Virus record (IMG/VR): IMGVR_UViG_3300038393_000409
Span: 1-32,306 of that record
Strand: one strand, 5' to 3'
Length of the DNA stretch: 32,306 nt
Source: a virus
Lineage: Duplodnaviria > Caudoviricetes
Shown here: positions 8,770 through 16,375 of the stretch, one piece after another
Layout: each line of letters opens with the position of its first letter
Position numbering within the stretch: position 1 is the stretch's first letter
Notes under the pieces: model-generated
What the model was told of the DNA's origin: nothing
The model's input: the letters and a program-made list of their open reading frames with translations, nothing else
Database searches by the model: none
Translations under genes and position numbers: made by a program

Positions 8770-9461
8770 GTGAGCAGGAATATTCGGATATCGTTAGTGA
8801 GTGCGCTGAAACGAGAGTAGATCTCGACACTGTTCTACACCCAACGTTTAACGGGCTTAAGAAAGCTTTCTCTATTTTATTTGAAGATTTTGGATATACG
8901 AAAAGTGATTTCAAGCGTTTATCAGATTCTGTGTACTATCAAGGAGGCTACCCAAGCCTTACTTCTCCAGCTAAGGAAGTAGCTCTGGCTGACCAAGTTT
9001 CAAAGCTACTTCGTCTACAGAAGATCGCTGGTCGGACAACATTGATTAAGTATTTTGAAGATAGAGGTGTGAAGATCGAATTCGTTGATGATTTTGTTCC
9101 AGAATCATTTCTGTCTTCATTTTCAAATGATGATGATAAAGACTTTACTGAAGCGCTTCAGTCGGCTGGTATACCCACTTCTGATATCGTCGATTCACGT
9201 TCGAAAATGCTCAAAGTGCTTTTAGATCGTGCACAGAACCTTCAGAAGGAGATCTGTCAGACTGCTGATACAATTAAAGTCGATGCAGCAGAAGAAGTTG
9301 AGACTCGCTTTAAGATCAAGAGACCTCACTTCGTCAAAGCTGTAAATCTCGCAGCAGTGAAGATGAGGAGAGGTGAGGGTCCGATGCTCGAGAAAATTGA
9401 GAATCTTCATGATTCTCAGGATAATCTCAACCAAGCACTTGAACCTCTGGAGAAGAACTAA
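8766..9461 (+). CDS. Hypothetical protein, possibly with a DsbA/GapR-like helical DNA-binding domain
   Basis: Long ORF coupled to def. The C-terminal helical pattern (LLDRAQNLQKEI...IK...E..F.IKRPHF.KAV.L) loosely resembles T4 DsbA/GapR; function is inference only. Confidence 0.45.
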   Translation: MSEQEYSDIVSECAETRVDLDTVLHPTFNGLKKAFSILFEDFGYTKSDFKRLSDSVYYQGGYPSLTSPAKEVALADQVSKLLRLQKIAGRTTLIKYFEDRGVKIEFVDDFVPESFLSSFSNDDDKDFTEALQSAGIPTSDIVDSRSKMLKVLLDRAQNLQKEICQTADTIKVDAAEEVETRFKIKRPHFVKAVNLAAVKMRRGEGPMLEKIENLHDSQDNLNQALEPLEKN

Positions 9462-9463
9462 AA

Positions 9464-9493
9464 GTTTACAGACTTCTTGATTTGAAGTACAAA
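9464..9493 (+). promoter_or_regulatory. Early (sigma70-type) promoter for the RNA genes
   Basis: AAAGTTTACA (T4-early-like -35, TTTACA 9465-9470), 17-nt spacer, TACAAA 9488-9493; predicted start at about 9499. Confidence 0.55.
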
Positions 9494-9498
9494 GTGAA

Positions 9499-9611
9499 TT
9501 GGGATGCACGTGGCTCAGTAATGGCGTCCACATTAGTGTGAATGAATAACGGATAGAGTTCACACAGCCTACCGTCAAAGTGATGTTCCGTGTAAGCTTT
9601 GACCATCCCAA
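9499..9611 (+). ncRNA. Unassigned structured RNA (multi-way junction with possible kissing loops)
   Basis: Closing stem TTGGGATG/CATCCCAA; inner stems GTGG/CCAC with a GTAA tetraloop, GTGTGAAT/GTTCACAC and GTCAAAGT/GCTTTGAC; loop segments ACGGA/TCCGT are complementary. Confidence 0.65.
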
Positions 9612-9619
9612 CTATTTCA

Positions 9620-9694
9620 GCACCTATAGTTCAGATGGTAGAACAGGGCTTTCAATCCTCGCTGTCGGCGGTTCGATTCCGTCTAGGTGCGCCA
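9620..9694 (+). tRNA. Atypical tRNA-Glu(UUC)-like gene
   Basis: Acceptor GCACCTA/TAGGTGC + G-CCA; D arm GTTC/GAAC; T arm GGCGG-TTCGATT-CCGTC; anticodon loop CTTTCAA on an only 4-bp AGGG/TCCT stem. Confidence 0.75.
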
Positions 9695-9727
9695 TTTCAT
9701 TCCGCAATAATTAAAAGGAGAAGTGTT

Positions 9728-10153
9728 ATTTCGAGCAATTGGATTTACGACATCGCCGACATGCATGAGTACTATAACATGGATGTCGCTTTCGACGAAA
9801 TTACTCTGGACAAGGAAAAAGCGAAGAAGCTTCTTGAGTTTAGAATTAACTTTCTTCAAGAAGAACTCAATGAACTGAAGAGCGCTGATAATGGGGAAGA
9901 CGTTGTCGATGCACTTATTGATCTGTGTGTTGTAGCTGTTGGCACTCTCGATGCGTTTGGTGTAGATTCGTATCAGGCTTGGGACAACGTTCTCGATGCT
10001 AATATGAATAAGAAACCTGGAATCAAAGCAGATCGTCCGAATCCGTTGGGTCTACCAGATCTGATTAAACCGGAGGGATGGGAAGCACCGTCTCATAAAG
10101 ACAACATCGGGACACTCGACATCATCTTTAAGAAGCCGGTGTGTGATTTATGA
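9728..10153 (+). CDS. All-alpha NTP pyrophosphohydrolase (MazG/PRA-PH-like; candidate dUTPase/dCTPase)
   Basis: LQEELNEL...VVDALIDL acidic motif, ANM.K, PDL.KP.GW.AP. Start is either ATT at 9728 (7 nt after AGGAG) or ATG at 9761. Confidence 0.8.
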   Translation: MSSNWIYDIADMHEYYNMDVAFDEITLDKEKAKKLLEFRINFLQEELNELKSADNGEDVVDALIDLCVVAVGTLDAFGVDSYQAWDNVLDANMNKKPGIKADRPNPLGLPDLIKPEGWEAPSHKDNIGTLDIIFKKPVCDL

Positions 10154-10782
10154 TGATCAACGAGAGTGACGTAATTCAACTTCAAAACACACCTGAAGCT
10201 ATTATCGATGCTCGAAATCTCGTTGGTTTCGAGCAGATGGTACGTAATAACTTTGGGCGTGTTTCGAACAAGAGGACTCTGAATCAAGTTCAATACGACA
10301 CGGCCTCTGGATTCGGTCTAGAAGACTACTTCACATCGACTGGCCTCTTCGTTCCCGCGAATCCCATCTATGAGAATCCAAACGAACACCCATGGTCGGA
10401 GATCGCCGTGGATTTGTACTATGGTTCTGAGTGTGTTCAGGTCAAATCCTTTACTCATTTGAGTAAGAGAGGAGACATGGTCTGGATCAGTCCAGCGACG
10501 TATGATTCAATCAAGAAATCGACTACACATAACGATTTCTTTTTATTTGGTTTTACAAAAGGTGTGAAACCCGATAGAGATAATGGATCAACAACGTTTA
10601 AATATAGGCCTGCTTTTTCAATTGCTTCGTCGGTTATATTGAACTTTATTCAAGCAAACATTGAAGAGCATTCATTGGCGGTCTCCTTAAGACTAATTCT
10701 TGATAGAGACTTGCTTATTCGTCCAAAGTATTTTCAGCCCCTCTGTCCAGAGCTTATGAAACTAGTGGAGTTAGCTAATTGA
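10150..10782 (+). CDS. PD-(D/E)xK-type nuclease, possibly DenB (endonuclease IV)-like
   Basis: LEDYF...P.W...VDL....VQVKS...WIS...DFFLF...YRP.F follows the motif order I recall for T4 DenB; located in the hmC cluster. Confidence 0.45.
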   Translation: MMINESDVIQLQNTPEAIIDARNLVGFEQMVRNNFGRVSNKRTLNQVQYDTASGFGLEDYFTSTGLFVPANPIYENPNEHPWSEIAVDLYYGSECVQVKSFTHLSKRGDMVWISPATYDSIKKSTTHNDFFLFGFTKGVKPDRDNGSTTFKYRPAFSIASSVILNFIQANIEEHSLAVSLRLILDRDLLIRPKYFQPLCPELMKLVELAN

Positions 10783-11237
10783 GTGAAATGAAAGTTCGTT
10801 CACCTGAGCGTGAATCTGTAAAAGTACTTCGTGAATGTATTGAACTTCAACTAGCGAAGTCTCAAGACTATCAAAATCCAAACTCGAACGTCGTTCAAGC
10901 CGATCACTATCGTCGAGGTATCGATACGATTTTTGATACGATGAATGGCAAGATGCTTCGGATCCAGTCACTGCTTGAAGCTTCTGCTGCTGGTGTTAAG
11001 CCTAAACATGAGTCGATTGAGGATTCTCTTAAAGACTTGATAAATTACGCGAGCTTTGGTGTATCATGGCTTCGCGGTATGATGGAAGGGCAAAAGCCGG
11101 ACCGTGATATGTTTAATAGGAAGAAGCCTCCCGAACTCACTGGTAATTTGACGAGTGGTGCTCAAGATCCGAAGCGCTATCTCGTTTCAGATAAGACGGA
11201 TGAATGGGACTTCCGTAACCCTTCAATTAACCGATAG
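10779..11237 (+). CDS. Nucleotide-modification-associated domain 1 (DUF1599-like) protein
   Basis: K..DY...K..R...ESIEDSL.DL.NYA motif; directly upstream of the hydroxymethylase; TTG start. Confidence 0.7.
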   Translation: MSEMKVRSPERESVKVLRECIELQLAKSQDYQNPNSNVVQADHYRRGIDTIFDTMNGKMLRIQSLLEASAAGVKPKHESIEDSLKDLINYASFGVSWLRGMMEGQKPDRDMFNRKKPPELTGNLTSGAQDPKRYLVSDKTDEWDFRNPSINR

Positions 11238-11244
11238 GAATAAA

Positions 11245-12030
11245 ATGCAGGGATATCGAGATAATAGAATTCTAGAAGTACGATCGCAGTTCACAGATCT
11301 TCTGCTTCGTGAGCAGTTTGTGATCGATAAGACTGGTGTTAAGACGATAGAGATCGTTGGAGCTGACTTCATCGCTGATGAACCTCTTATTTTTGGTGAA
11401 GTAAACGAAGACTACGTTTCACGTGAGCTCGAGTGGTATCAATCGATGTCTCGAAACGTCAACGACATTCCTGGTGGTCCACCGAAGATCTGGCAGCAGA
11501 TCGCATCGAAAGAGATCATTCCTGAATTGAATACTGAGCGTGTCGGATACATCAATTCAAACTATGGATTTATCTTGTACTCCGCTGAGAATTTCTATCA
11601 GTGGAGGAACGTGATCGAGGAGCTCAAGAAGAATCCGCTCTCACGCAGGGCACTGGCAATCTACAATCGTCCCTCTATGCACGAAGACTACAACAAGGGT
11701 GGTATGTCAGATTTCGTCTGTACGAACGCAGTTCAGTACTTGATTCGTGATGGTCTTCTAGACGTTGTAGTTCAGATGCGGAGCAACGATGTCTGGGCGG
11801 GTTATAGAAACGACTACGCTTGGCAAAGACACGTTCAGCACAACATGGTTGATGTTTTGAACCAGAGCTTTGGTGGTGAGCTTGACGCCGGCACAATTCA
11901 CTGGCAAGTCGGTTCTCTTCATTGCTATGAGAAGGACTTCTACCTAGTCGATCACTACGACAAGACTGGTCAGATCTCTATTAAGAAATCTGAGTATCGC
12001 GAGAAATATCCGGAGTCACCATGGAAGTAG
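11245..12030 (+). CDS. gp42: dCMP hydroxymethylase (thymidylate synthase fold)
   Basis: INSNYG, SRRA, RPSMH.DY...GMSDFVCTN.VQYLIRD, MRSNDV..G.RNDYAWQ (Asp at the cytosine-specificity position), GSLHCY..DFYLVDH..KTG closely follow T4 gp42. Confidence 0.92.
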   Translation: MQGYRDNRILEVRSQFTDLLLREQFVIDKTGVKTIEIVGADFIADEPLIFGEVNEDYVSRELEWYQSMSRNVNDIPGGPPKIWQQIASKEIIPELNTERVGYINSNYGFILYSAENFYQWRNVIEELKKNPLSRRALAIYNRPSMHEDYNKGGMSDFVCTNAVQYLIRDGLLDVVVQMRSNDVWAGYRNDYAWQRHVQHNMVDVLNQSFGGELDAGTIHWQVGSLHCYEKDFYLVDHYDKTGQISIKKSEYREKYPESPWK

Positions 12031-12938
12031 AGATTCCCAAGTGGGATAAGCGCTTTCTCGATGTTGCTAAGAATGAGATAGCTACGTGGTCAAAAGACCC
12101 GAGATCAAAGCTCGGTGCGGTAGTCGTTATCGATCGTCGAATCGTTGCGACGGGCTATAATGGGTTTCCCGAAAGATTTCCAGACGATGAGGAGTTATAC
12201 AACGATCGTGACGTAAAGCTGAAGTATGTAGTTCACGCTGAGGAGAACGCAATCTACAACGCTGCGCGAAACGGAGTTTCCTTGAAAGGAGCGACGCTCT
12301 TTGTAGATGGTATCGCTACTTGCTCTGAGTGCGCTAAAGCTGTGATACAGTCTGGTATCAAGCGAGTTGTTATGAGATATAAGCCCATGAAGTCTAAGTG
12401 GGCTGCGTCTTTTGAAGATACGAAGTTTATGTTTCAGAAGTGCGGTGTTGAGTTCGTGTGTTATGAAGTTCCCTCTACAAAGGAAATAGAGTATATTTCA
12501 ATTCATACTGGACAAGTGTTCGTAGGTGATCGCGTTGAGAAGAATGAAGTCGATTATGAAGGATATAAACGTCTGCCGTTCTATAGAAGTGATCTAGAAG
12601 CAAGATATACATTTCCACCGTCTACATCGGCAACACCCGTAACTGTAACGTATCTGTCGATATCAAATGCGAACGGAGTCATTAAAGCCGTTCTCCCTCT
12701 CTTTCAGAAAGAACATATCCCATACAGTTCAGAACCGCAGATCAACCTTAAGTTCACAGAAGATTTTTGGGAAAGACACGACCGTGAGCAAGAAGAAAAT
12801 AAACGTTCTCTTCGTGGGAATGAATCCAGCGGATCGACCGACGATCGGAATGAAGCCGAACCAAACGTTCAAGAAGCTGTCGGCGTGGGTAGACAACATG
12901 GATCTCGGTGTGATATCCTTCGTCAACTCTGTCCCTGA
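12021..12938 (+). CDS. cd: dCMP deaminase with ~150-aa C-terminal extension
   Basis: WSKDP...GAV, GYNG, HAEENAI and C..C (CSEC) zinc motifs in the first ~150 aa. Confidence 0.85.
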   Translation: MEVEIPKWDKRFLDVAKNEIATWSKDPRSKLGAVVVIDRRIVATGYNGFPERFPDDEELYNDRDVKLKYVVHAEENAIYNAARNGVSLKGATLFVDGIATCSECAKAVIQSGIKRVVMRYKPMKSKWAASFEDTKFMFQKCGVEFVCYEVPSTKEIEYISIHTGQVFVGDRVEKNEVDYEGYKRLPFYRSDLEARYTFPPSTSATPVTVTYLSISNANGVIKAVLPLFQKEHIPYSSEPQINLKFTEDFWERHDREQEENKRSLRGNESSGSTDDRNEAEPNVQEAVGVGRQHGSRCDILRQLCP

Positions 12939-13164
12939 TCGAGGCGCAGCTAAGATGGAATACGTTCAGTGGGATCTACTTCGGGAAGTGACTAAATATC
13001 ATGAAAAGATCGTTGCGCTGGGTGGATTTGCATCGAGAGTTCTCGATAAGTTGAATGTAGATCACTTTAAGCTTCCGCACCCATCACCGAGAAATCGTCT
13101 TCTGAATGATAAAGAGTTTGAACGCGCTGAGCTGAAGCGCTGTAAGGAGTATATCGAATCGTGA
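12784..13164 (+). CDS. Uracil-DNA glycosylase superfamily protein (minimal)
   Basis: VLFVGMNP, IVALG..AS and LPHPSPRNR motifs; likely GTG start at 12784. Confidence 0.75.
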   Translation: MSKKKINVLFVGMNPADRPTIGMKPNQTFKKLSAWVDNMDLGVISFVNSVPDRGAAKMEYVQWDLLREVTKYHEKIVALGGFASRVLDKLNVDHFKLPHPSPRNRLLNDKEFERAELKRCKEYIES

Positions 13165-14402
13165 TTAGCAATGTAGTTACACTTCTTGGAAGAGGTGTAG
13201 AAGGATGCGGAGTAACGAAGTTCACTATTGAACTTCAGAAGTACTTGAAGAAAAAAGGCATCAACAATCCAGTGATCGCTCTGAAGGATAAGACGTGGTC
13301 TCGGAAAGATTCCCATGAACTCGATTGCCTTCAGTTCAAGTTTGCTAAGGATGATCAGTTCAAGCACGCTATGGACATCATTAATAAAGCTGATGTGGTC
13401 ATCGTCAACTCCCTCCCATCAGTTCAAGTAAAGAAGACCGTCAAAGCACACGATGCCAAGGCCGTTGACAACTTTCTAGAGTGCATTTCTGAGTGCAAGC
13501 CCCCAATTATTATGATCCAGCACGATCATAATAAACTGTCGCTGCGTAGAAACGCAGGCACTGAGATTCTCGTAGATCGCGCTGCGGCTATCTTTGCACA
13601 CTCAACGACCGGACACTTCGCTGAGCAGGTGGCGTCATTTTCAGGTGGTGAAGGACTCGAGACTCTGTTTTCTCCTGGAAGGCAGATTGAAACGTTTCAA
13701 CCGGCGTGCGACTTTGATCTTCTCTGTGGAAGATATTGGTGTCCTATAGAAGAGCAAGATGATAGATTGTGTCGGTGGATTGGACGAACGACTTTTTGGA
13801 AAGGCTTCGTTCCAATGTTTGATTTCCACAACAATTATCTGCGTGATGCTGGATTTGCCACTGTCCTAGAAGGCATCGAAAAATCACCGGCGTATCTCGA
13901 CTTCAAGACGAAGTCGGTGTTTGTTGATATGCTGGCAAACAAAGATCCAAACACCGTTGATATGAAGGACTATCGCGGAAAAGACGCCGTAGTGTTCTCT
14001 GTATATAACAATGACGCCATGCTTAAGCGCATGGCACGAACGGCTTTTGGGTTTCAACTGTCGCTTCTAGATACAAAATTCATTGATAAGTCAGTGGAAT
14101 ACACCCACTGTGAGATTCCCGCAGTCGGTGCACTTCCAGTCTTTAGGAAAGAGTTCGGTGATGCTTGCACTCATCGTGTAACAGGCAACAAGTTAACTGC
14201 AGATGATTCTGGAACGATCTGGCTTCCAACGAATAAAGATGAGATGGGAGCGGCGTTTGAGACTATGAAGCGTCTGGTTGAAGACCCTTATGAGCGACAT
14301 GAGCAGCGTCTGAAAGCGTTTGAGTACTATAAAGCTCACCAAGACTCGCAGTTTGTTTTTGAAGATTTGATGAGGAAGATTGAAAATGCCGTACATTCAT
14401 GA
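13161..14402 (+). CDS. agt: DNA alpha-glucosyltransferase (hmC glucosylation)
   Basis: GRGVEGCGVTKF, QHDH..LSLRRN, RWIGRTT.WKGF..MFDFH, EG.EKSPA, EYTH.E, DSG.IW and HQDS.F.F are colinear with T4 Agt. Confidence 0.92.
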   Translation: MISNVVTLLGRGVEGCGVTKFTIELQKYLKKKGINNPVIALKDKTWSRKDSHELDCLQFKFAKDDQFKHAMDIINKADVVIVNSLPSVQVKKTVKAHDAKAVDNFLECISECKPPIIMIQHDHNKLSLRRNAGTEILVDRAAAIFAHSTTGHFAEQVASFSGGEGLETLFSPGRQIETFQPACDFDLLCGRYWCPIEEQDDRLCRWIGRTTFWKGFVPMFDFHNNYLRDAGFATVLEGIEKSPAYLDFKTKSVFVDMLANKDPNTVDMKDYRGKDAVVFSVYNNDAMLKRMARTAFGFQLSLLDTKFIDKSVEYTHCEIPAVGALPVFRKEFGDACTHRVTGNKLTADDSGTIWLPTNKDEMGAAFETMKRLVEDPYERHEQRLKAFEYYKAHQDSQFVFEDLMRKIENAVHS

Positions 14403-14658
14403 AGATGCACGTCAGAATCTACATGATCACTATCTTAGTTCACTCGGTGAAGCGTGTTATACGCCCGGCGAGTTGAACTACGTTATCACGACTATCTGTG
14501 ATTCTTATCTTGGTGCTAACATTATTTCATACACACGATGTAACGAGATCATCGGTGCTCTGGAGTGTGCTAAGCAGGAGTTCTATCGTCGTCTCGTAGC
14601 ATCGTATGAAGATAAGAAAATGCTCGAAAACGGCGATGTTTATCGAACACGAATATAA
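14386..14658 (+). CDS. Conserved phage hypothetical protein
   Basis: TPGELNY.IT...Y...NEIIGALECAK.EFYRR....YED.K..ENGDVY, a pattern I recognise from phage nucleotide-metabolism clusters. Confidence 0.7.
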   Translation: MPYIHEDARQNLHDHYLSSLGEACYTPGELNYVITTICDSYLGANIISYTRCNEIIGALECAKQEFYRRLVASYEDKKMLENGDVYRTRI

Positions 14659-14661
14659 ATA
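14654..14661 (+). promoter_or_regulatory. T4-type late promoter TATAAATA
   Basis: Exact consensus, ending 18 nt upstream of the ATG at 14680. Confidence 0.6.
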
Positions 14662-14679
14662 GCTCAGAGGTTTTACATT

Positions 14680-15153
14680 ATGAAATCATACAAAGTCTAT
14701 ACTGCAGGACCTATCACCGGCTGCTCTTGGGGTGGATGCACTAATTGGCGTGAGTACGTAGAAAAGCAGTTGGACGACATCTCAGATGGTAGGATCGTTG
14801 CATACTCTCCACTTCGCTCGAAGGAATACCTTTCCAACGAGAAAGAGATTCTAGACGTCTATCCAGACACGCTCTCTGTGATGTCGACTCAACGCGGCAT
14901 CTTTCATCGAGACCGCAACGACGTTAAGACATCCGATCTCGTGTTCGTAAATATGATCGGCGCTGGTCGAGTCTCCATCGGTACAGTGATGGAGATAGCA
15001 TGGGCTGATGCATGGAACATTCCCATTGTTTATCTGACAGAGAAAGATGTTCCAAATATTCATGATCACGCTATGATGCGCGAAGCTTGCCCATTTACAG
15101 TCCATGATATGGAGGAAGCTATCCTTCTTACGAAAAAAATTCTCTTACCATAA
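14680..15153 (+). CDS. Nucleoside 2-deoxyribosyltransferase/DNPH1-MilB-like N-glycosidase
   Basis: VYTAGPI, RD..DV..SD.V.V and SIGTVMEIAWA (catalytic Glu) motifs. Confidence 0.82.
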   Translation: MKSYKVYTAGPITGCSWGGCTNWREYVEKQLDDISDGRIVAYSPLRSKEYLSNEKEILDVYPDTLSVMSTQRGIFHRDRNDVKTSDLVFVNMIGAGRVSIGTVMEIAWADAWNIPIVYLTEKDVPNIHDHAMMREACPFTVHDMEEAILLTKKILLP

Positions 15154-15163
15154 AGGAATACAT

Positions 15164-16375
15164 TTGAAATTCGCGGGAATTATTCCACTGATCGGTGGAA
15201 TGGATATTGGAACGGCTAAAGCTTTTAATCAAGATCCAGAGTATCTTATTTCATATAAAGCGTTTTGGAATAATGATCGACACATCGTCAATCATTACCA
15301 GAGCACGCTCAGTAAAGACGTTCCATACTACGTAATAGACAACGGTGATTCTCCGCACACTAAAGTAGACGTTGTTCACAGCACGTGCCCTTGTGCGGGC
15401 TTGTCTCAGTTGTCTCATGGATACGGTGACGATAATCCTGCAAATGACTGGATGCCAAAAGCAGCCGAATATGTTCTGGGAACGATTAGACCAGCTGCTT
15501 ACTTCGGTGAGAACGCTCCTGGTCTAGCCGGCAAGATCGGTCAGAACGTACGCGCTAATTTAATCAGCATTGGAAAGAAGTATGGTTATACTGCTTCTTT
15601 CTATCGTACTCGATCACTCCTGCACGGCATCCCTCAAGTTCGGGAGCGTTCGTTCTATTTCTTCTGGAAAGGCAATAAGACACCCATCTTGAACTACTAT
15701 AACGAGCCTCATCAGAAGATTGAAGACTTGATCATCAACGTTAAGTCGAATTCTCAGATGGATCCAATTAACCCAAAAACTCCGTCGGAATCGGATCCGT
15801 ACTATCGCTTTATTCTAGAAGTAATTCATGGTGGAATCTCACACCGAGAATTTTCAACAAAAGTTCTTGAACCTTTAAAAGCTCGCGGCAATGATTCGTT
15901 GTCATATATCGAGCTTCAGGGTTATAATTACACTCAAGTCGGCGAGTGGATGGCGAAGCAGGGTCTCGAAAGAGAAGTCGCCAAGTGTGCTAAAAGACAA
16001 GCTAAGCTCGACGCCGGCGGAAACCTGATGCGCCGTGGAACGGTTGTTCCCAAGGACTACATCGGTGCGTTTGTAGGGCATTATCCTACTTGTCTAACAC
16101 ATCCGATTCACGATCGCTTCATCACTTATCGTGAAGCTATGTCTATCATGGGACTTCCTGAGAACTTCGAACTTCTCGATCCGAAGAAGTCAGCTAATCA
16201 CATCTGCCAGAACGTTCCCGTTAAAACTGCTCATGATATGGCTGTGGAAGTTCGTGAAGCACTTAACGGAAACAGGCAGTGGGTTAATAAACCTTTGGTG
16301 TTTCAATACAATCATACACAGAAGCACGTGTATGAGAAGGAAGCACCTAGAACACTTGAGGATATTTTGGCATGA
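15164..16375 (+). CDS. DNA cytosine-C5 methyltransferase homologue with degenerate SAM-binding motifs
   Basis: TCPCAGLS (motif IV), GENAPGL (VI), PQVRERSF (VIII), RFITYREAM.IMG.PENF (IX). Motif I reads IPLIGG and motif X reads CQNVP. TTG start after AAGGA. Confidence 0.8.
   Translation: MKFAGIIPLIGGMDIGTAKAFNQDPEYLISYKAFWNNDRHIVNHYQSTLSKDVPYYVIDNGDSPHTKVDVVHSTCPCAGLSQLSHGYGDDNPANDWMPKAAEYVLGTIRPAAYFGENAPGLAGKIGQNVRANLISIGKKYGYTASFYRTRSLLHGIPQVRERSFYFFWKGNKTPILNYYNEPHQKIEDLIINVKSNSQMDPINPKTPSESDPYYRFILEVIHGGISHREFSTKVLEPLKARGNDSLSYIELQGYNYTQVGEWMAKQGLEREVAKCAKRQAKLDAGGNLMRRGTVVPKDYIGAFVGHYPTCLTHPIHDRFITYREAMSIMGLPENFELLDPKKSANHICQNVPVKTAHDMAVEVREALNGNRQWVNKPLVFQYNHTQKHVYEKEAPRTLEDILA

Noticed and set aside
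9620-9694. Opal suppressor or selenocysteine tRNA implying genome recoding
   Set aside because: The UCA register needs a 3-bp stem and 9-nt loop, there is no long variable arm, and conserved genes here end normally at TGA with no in-frame TGA interruptions.
9599-9727. N-terminal extension of the 184-aa ORF in the ORF track
   Set aside because: It runs through the tRNA gene; the RBS lies at 9715-9720.
11245-12030. Ordinary thymidylate synthase or dUMP hydroxymethylase
   Set aside because: RNDYAWQ has Asp at the base-specificity position, the protein is colinear with T4 gp42, and agt is nearby.
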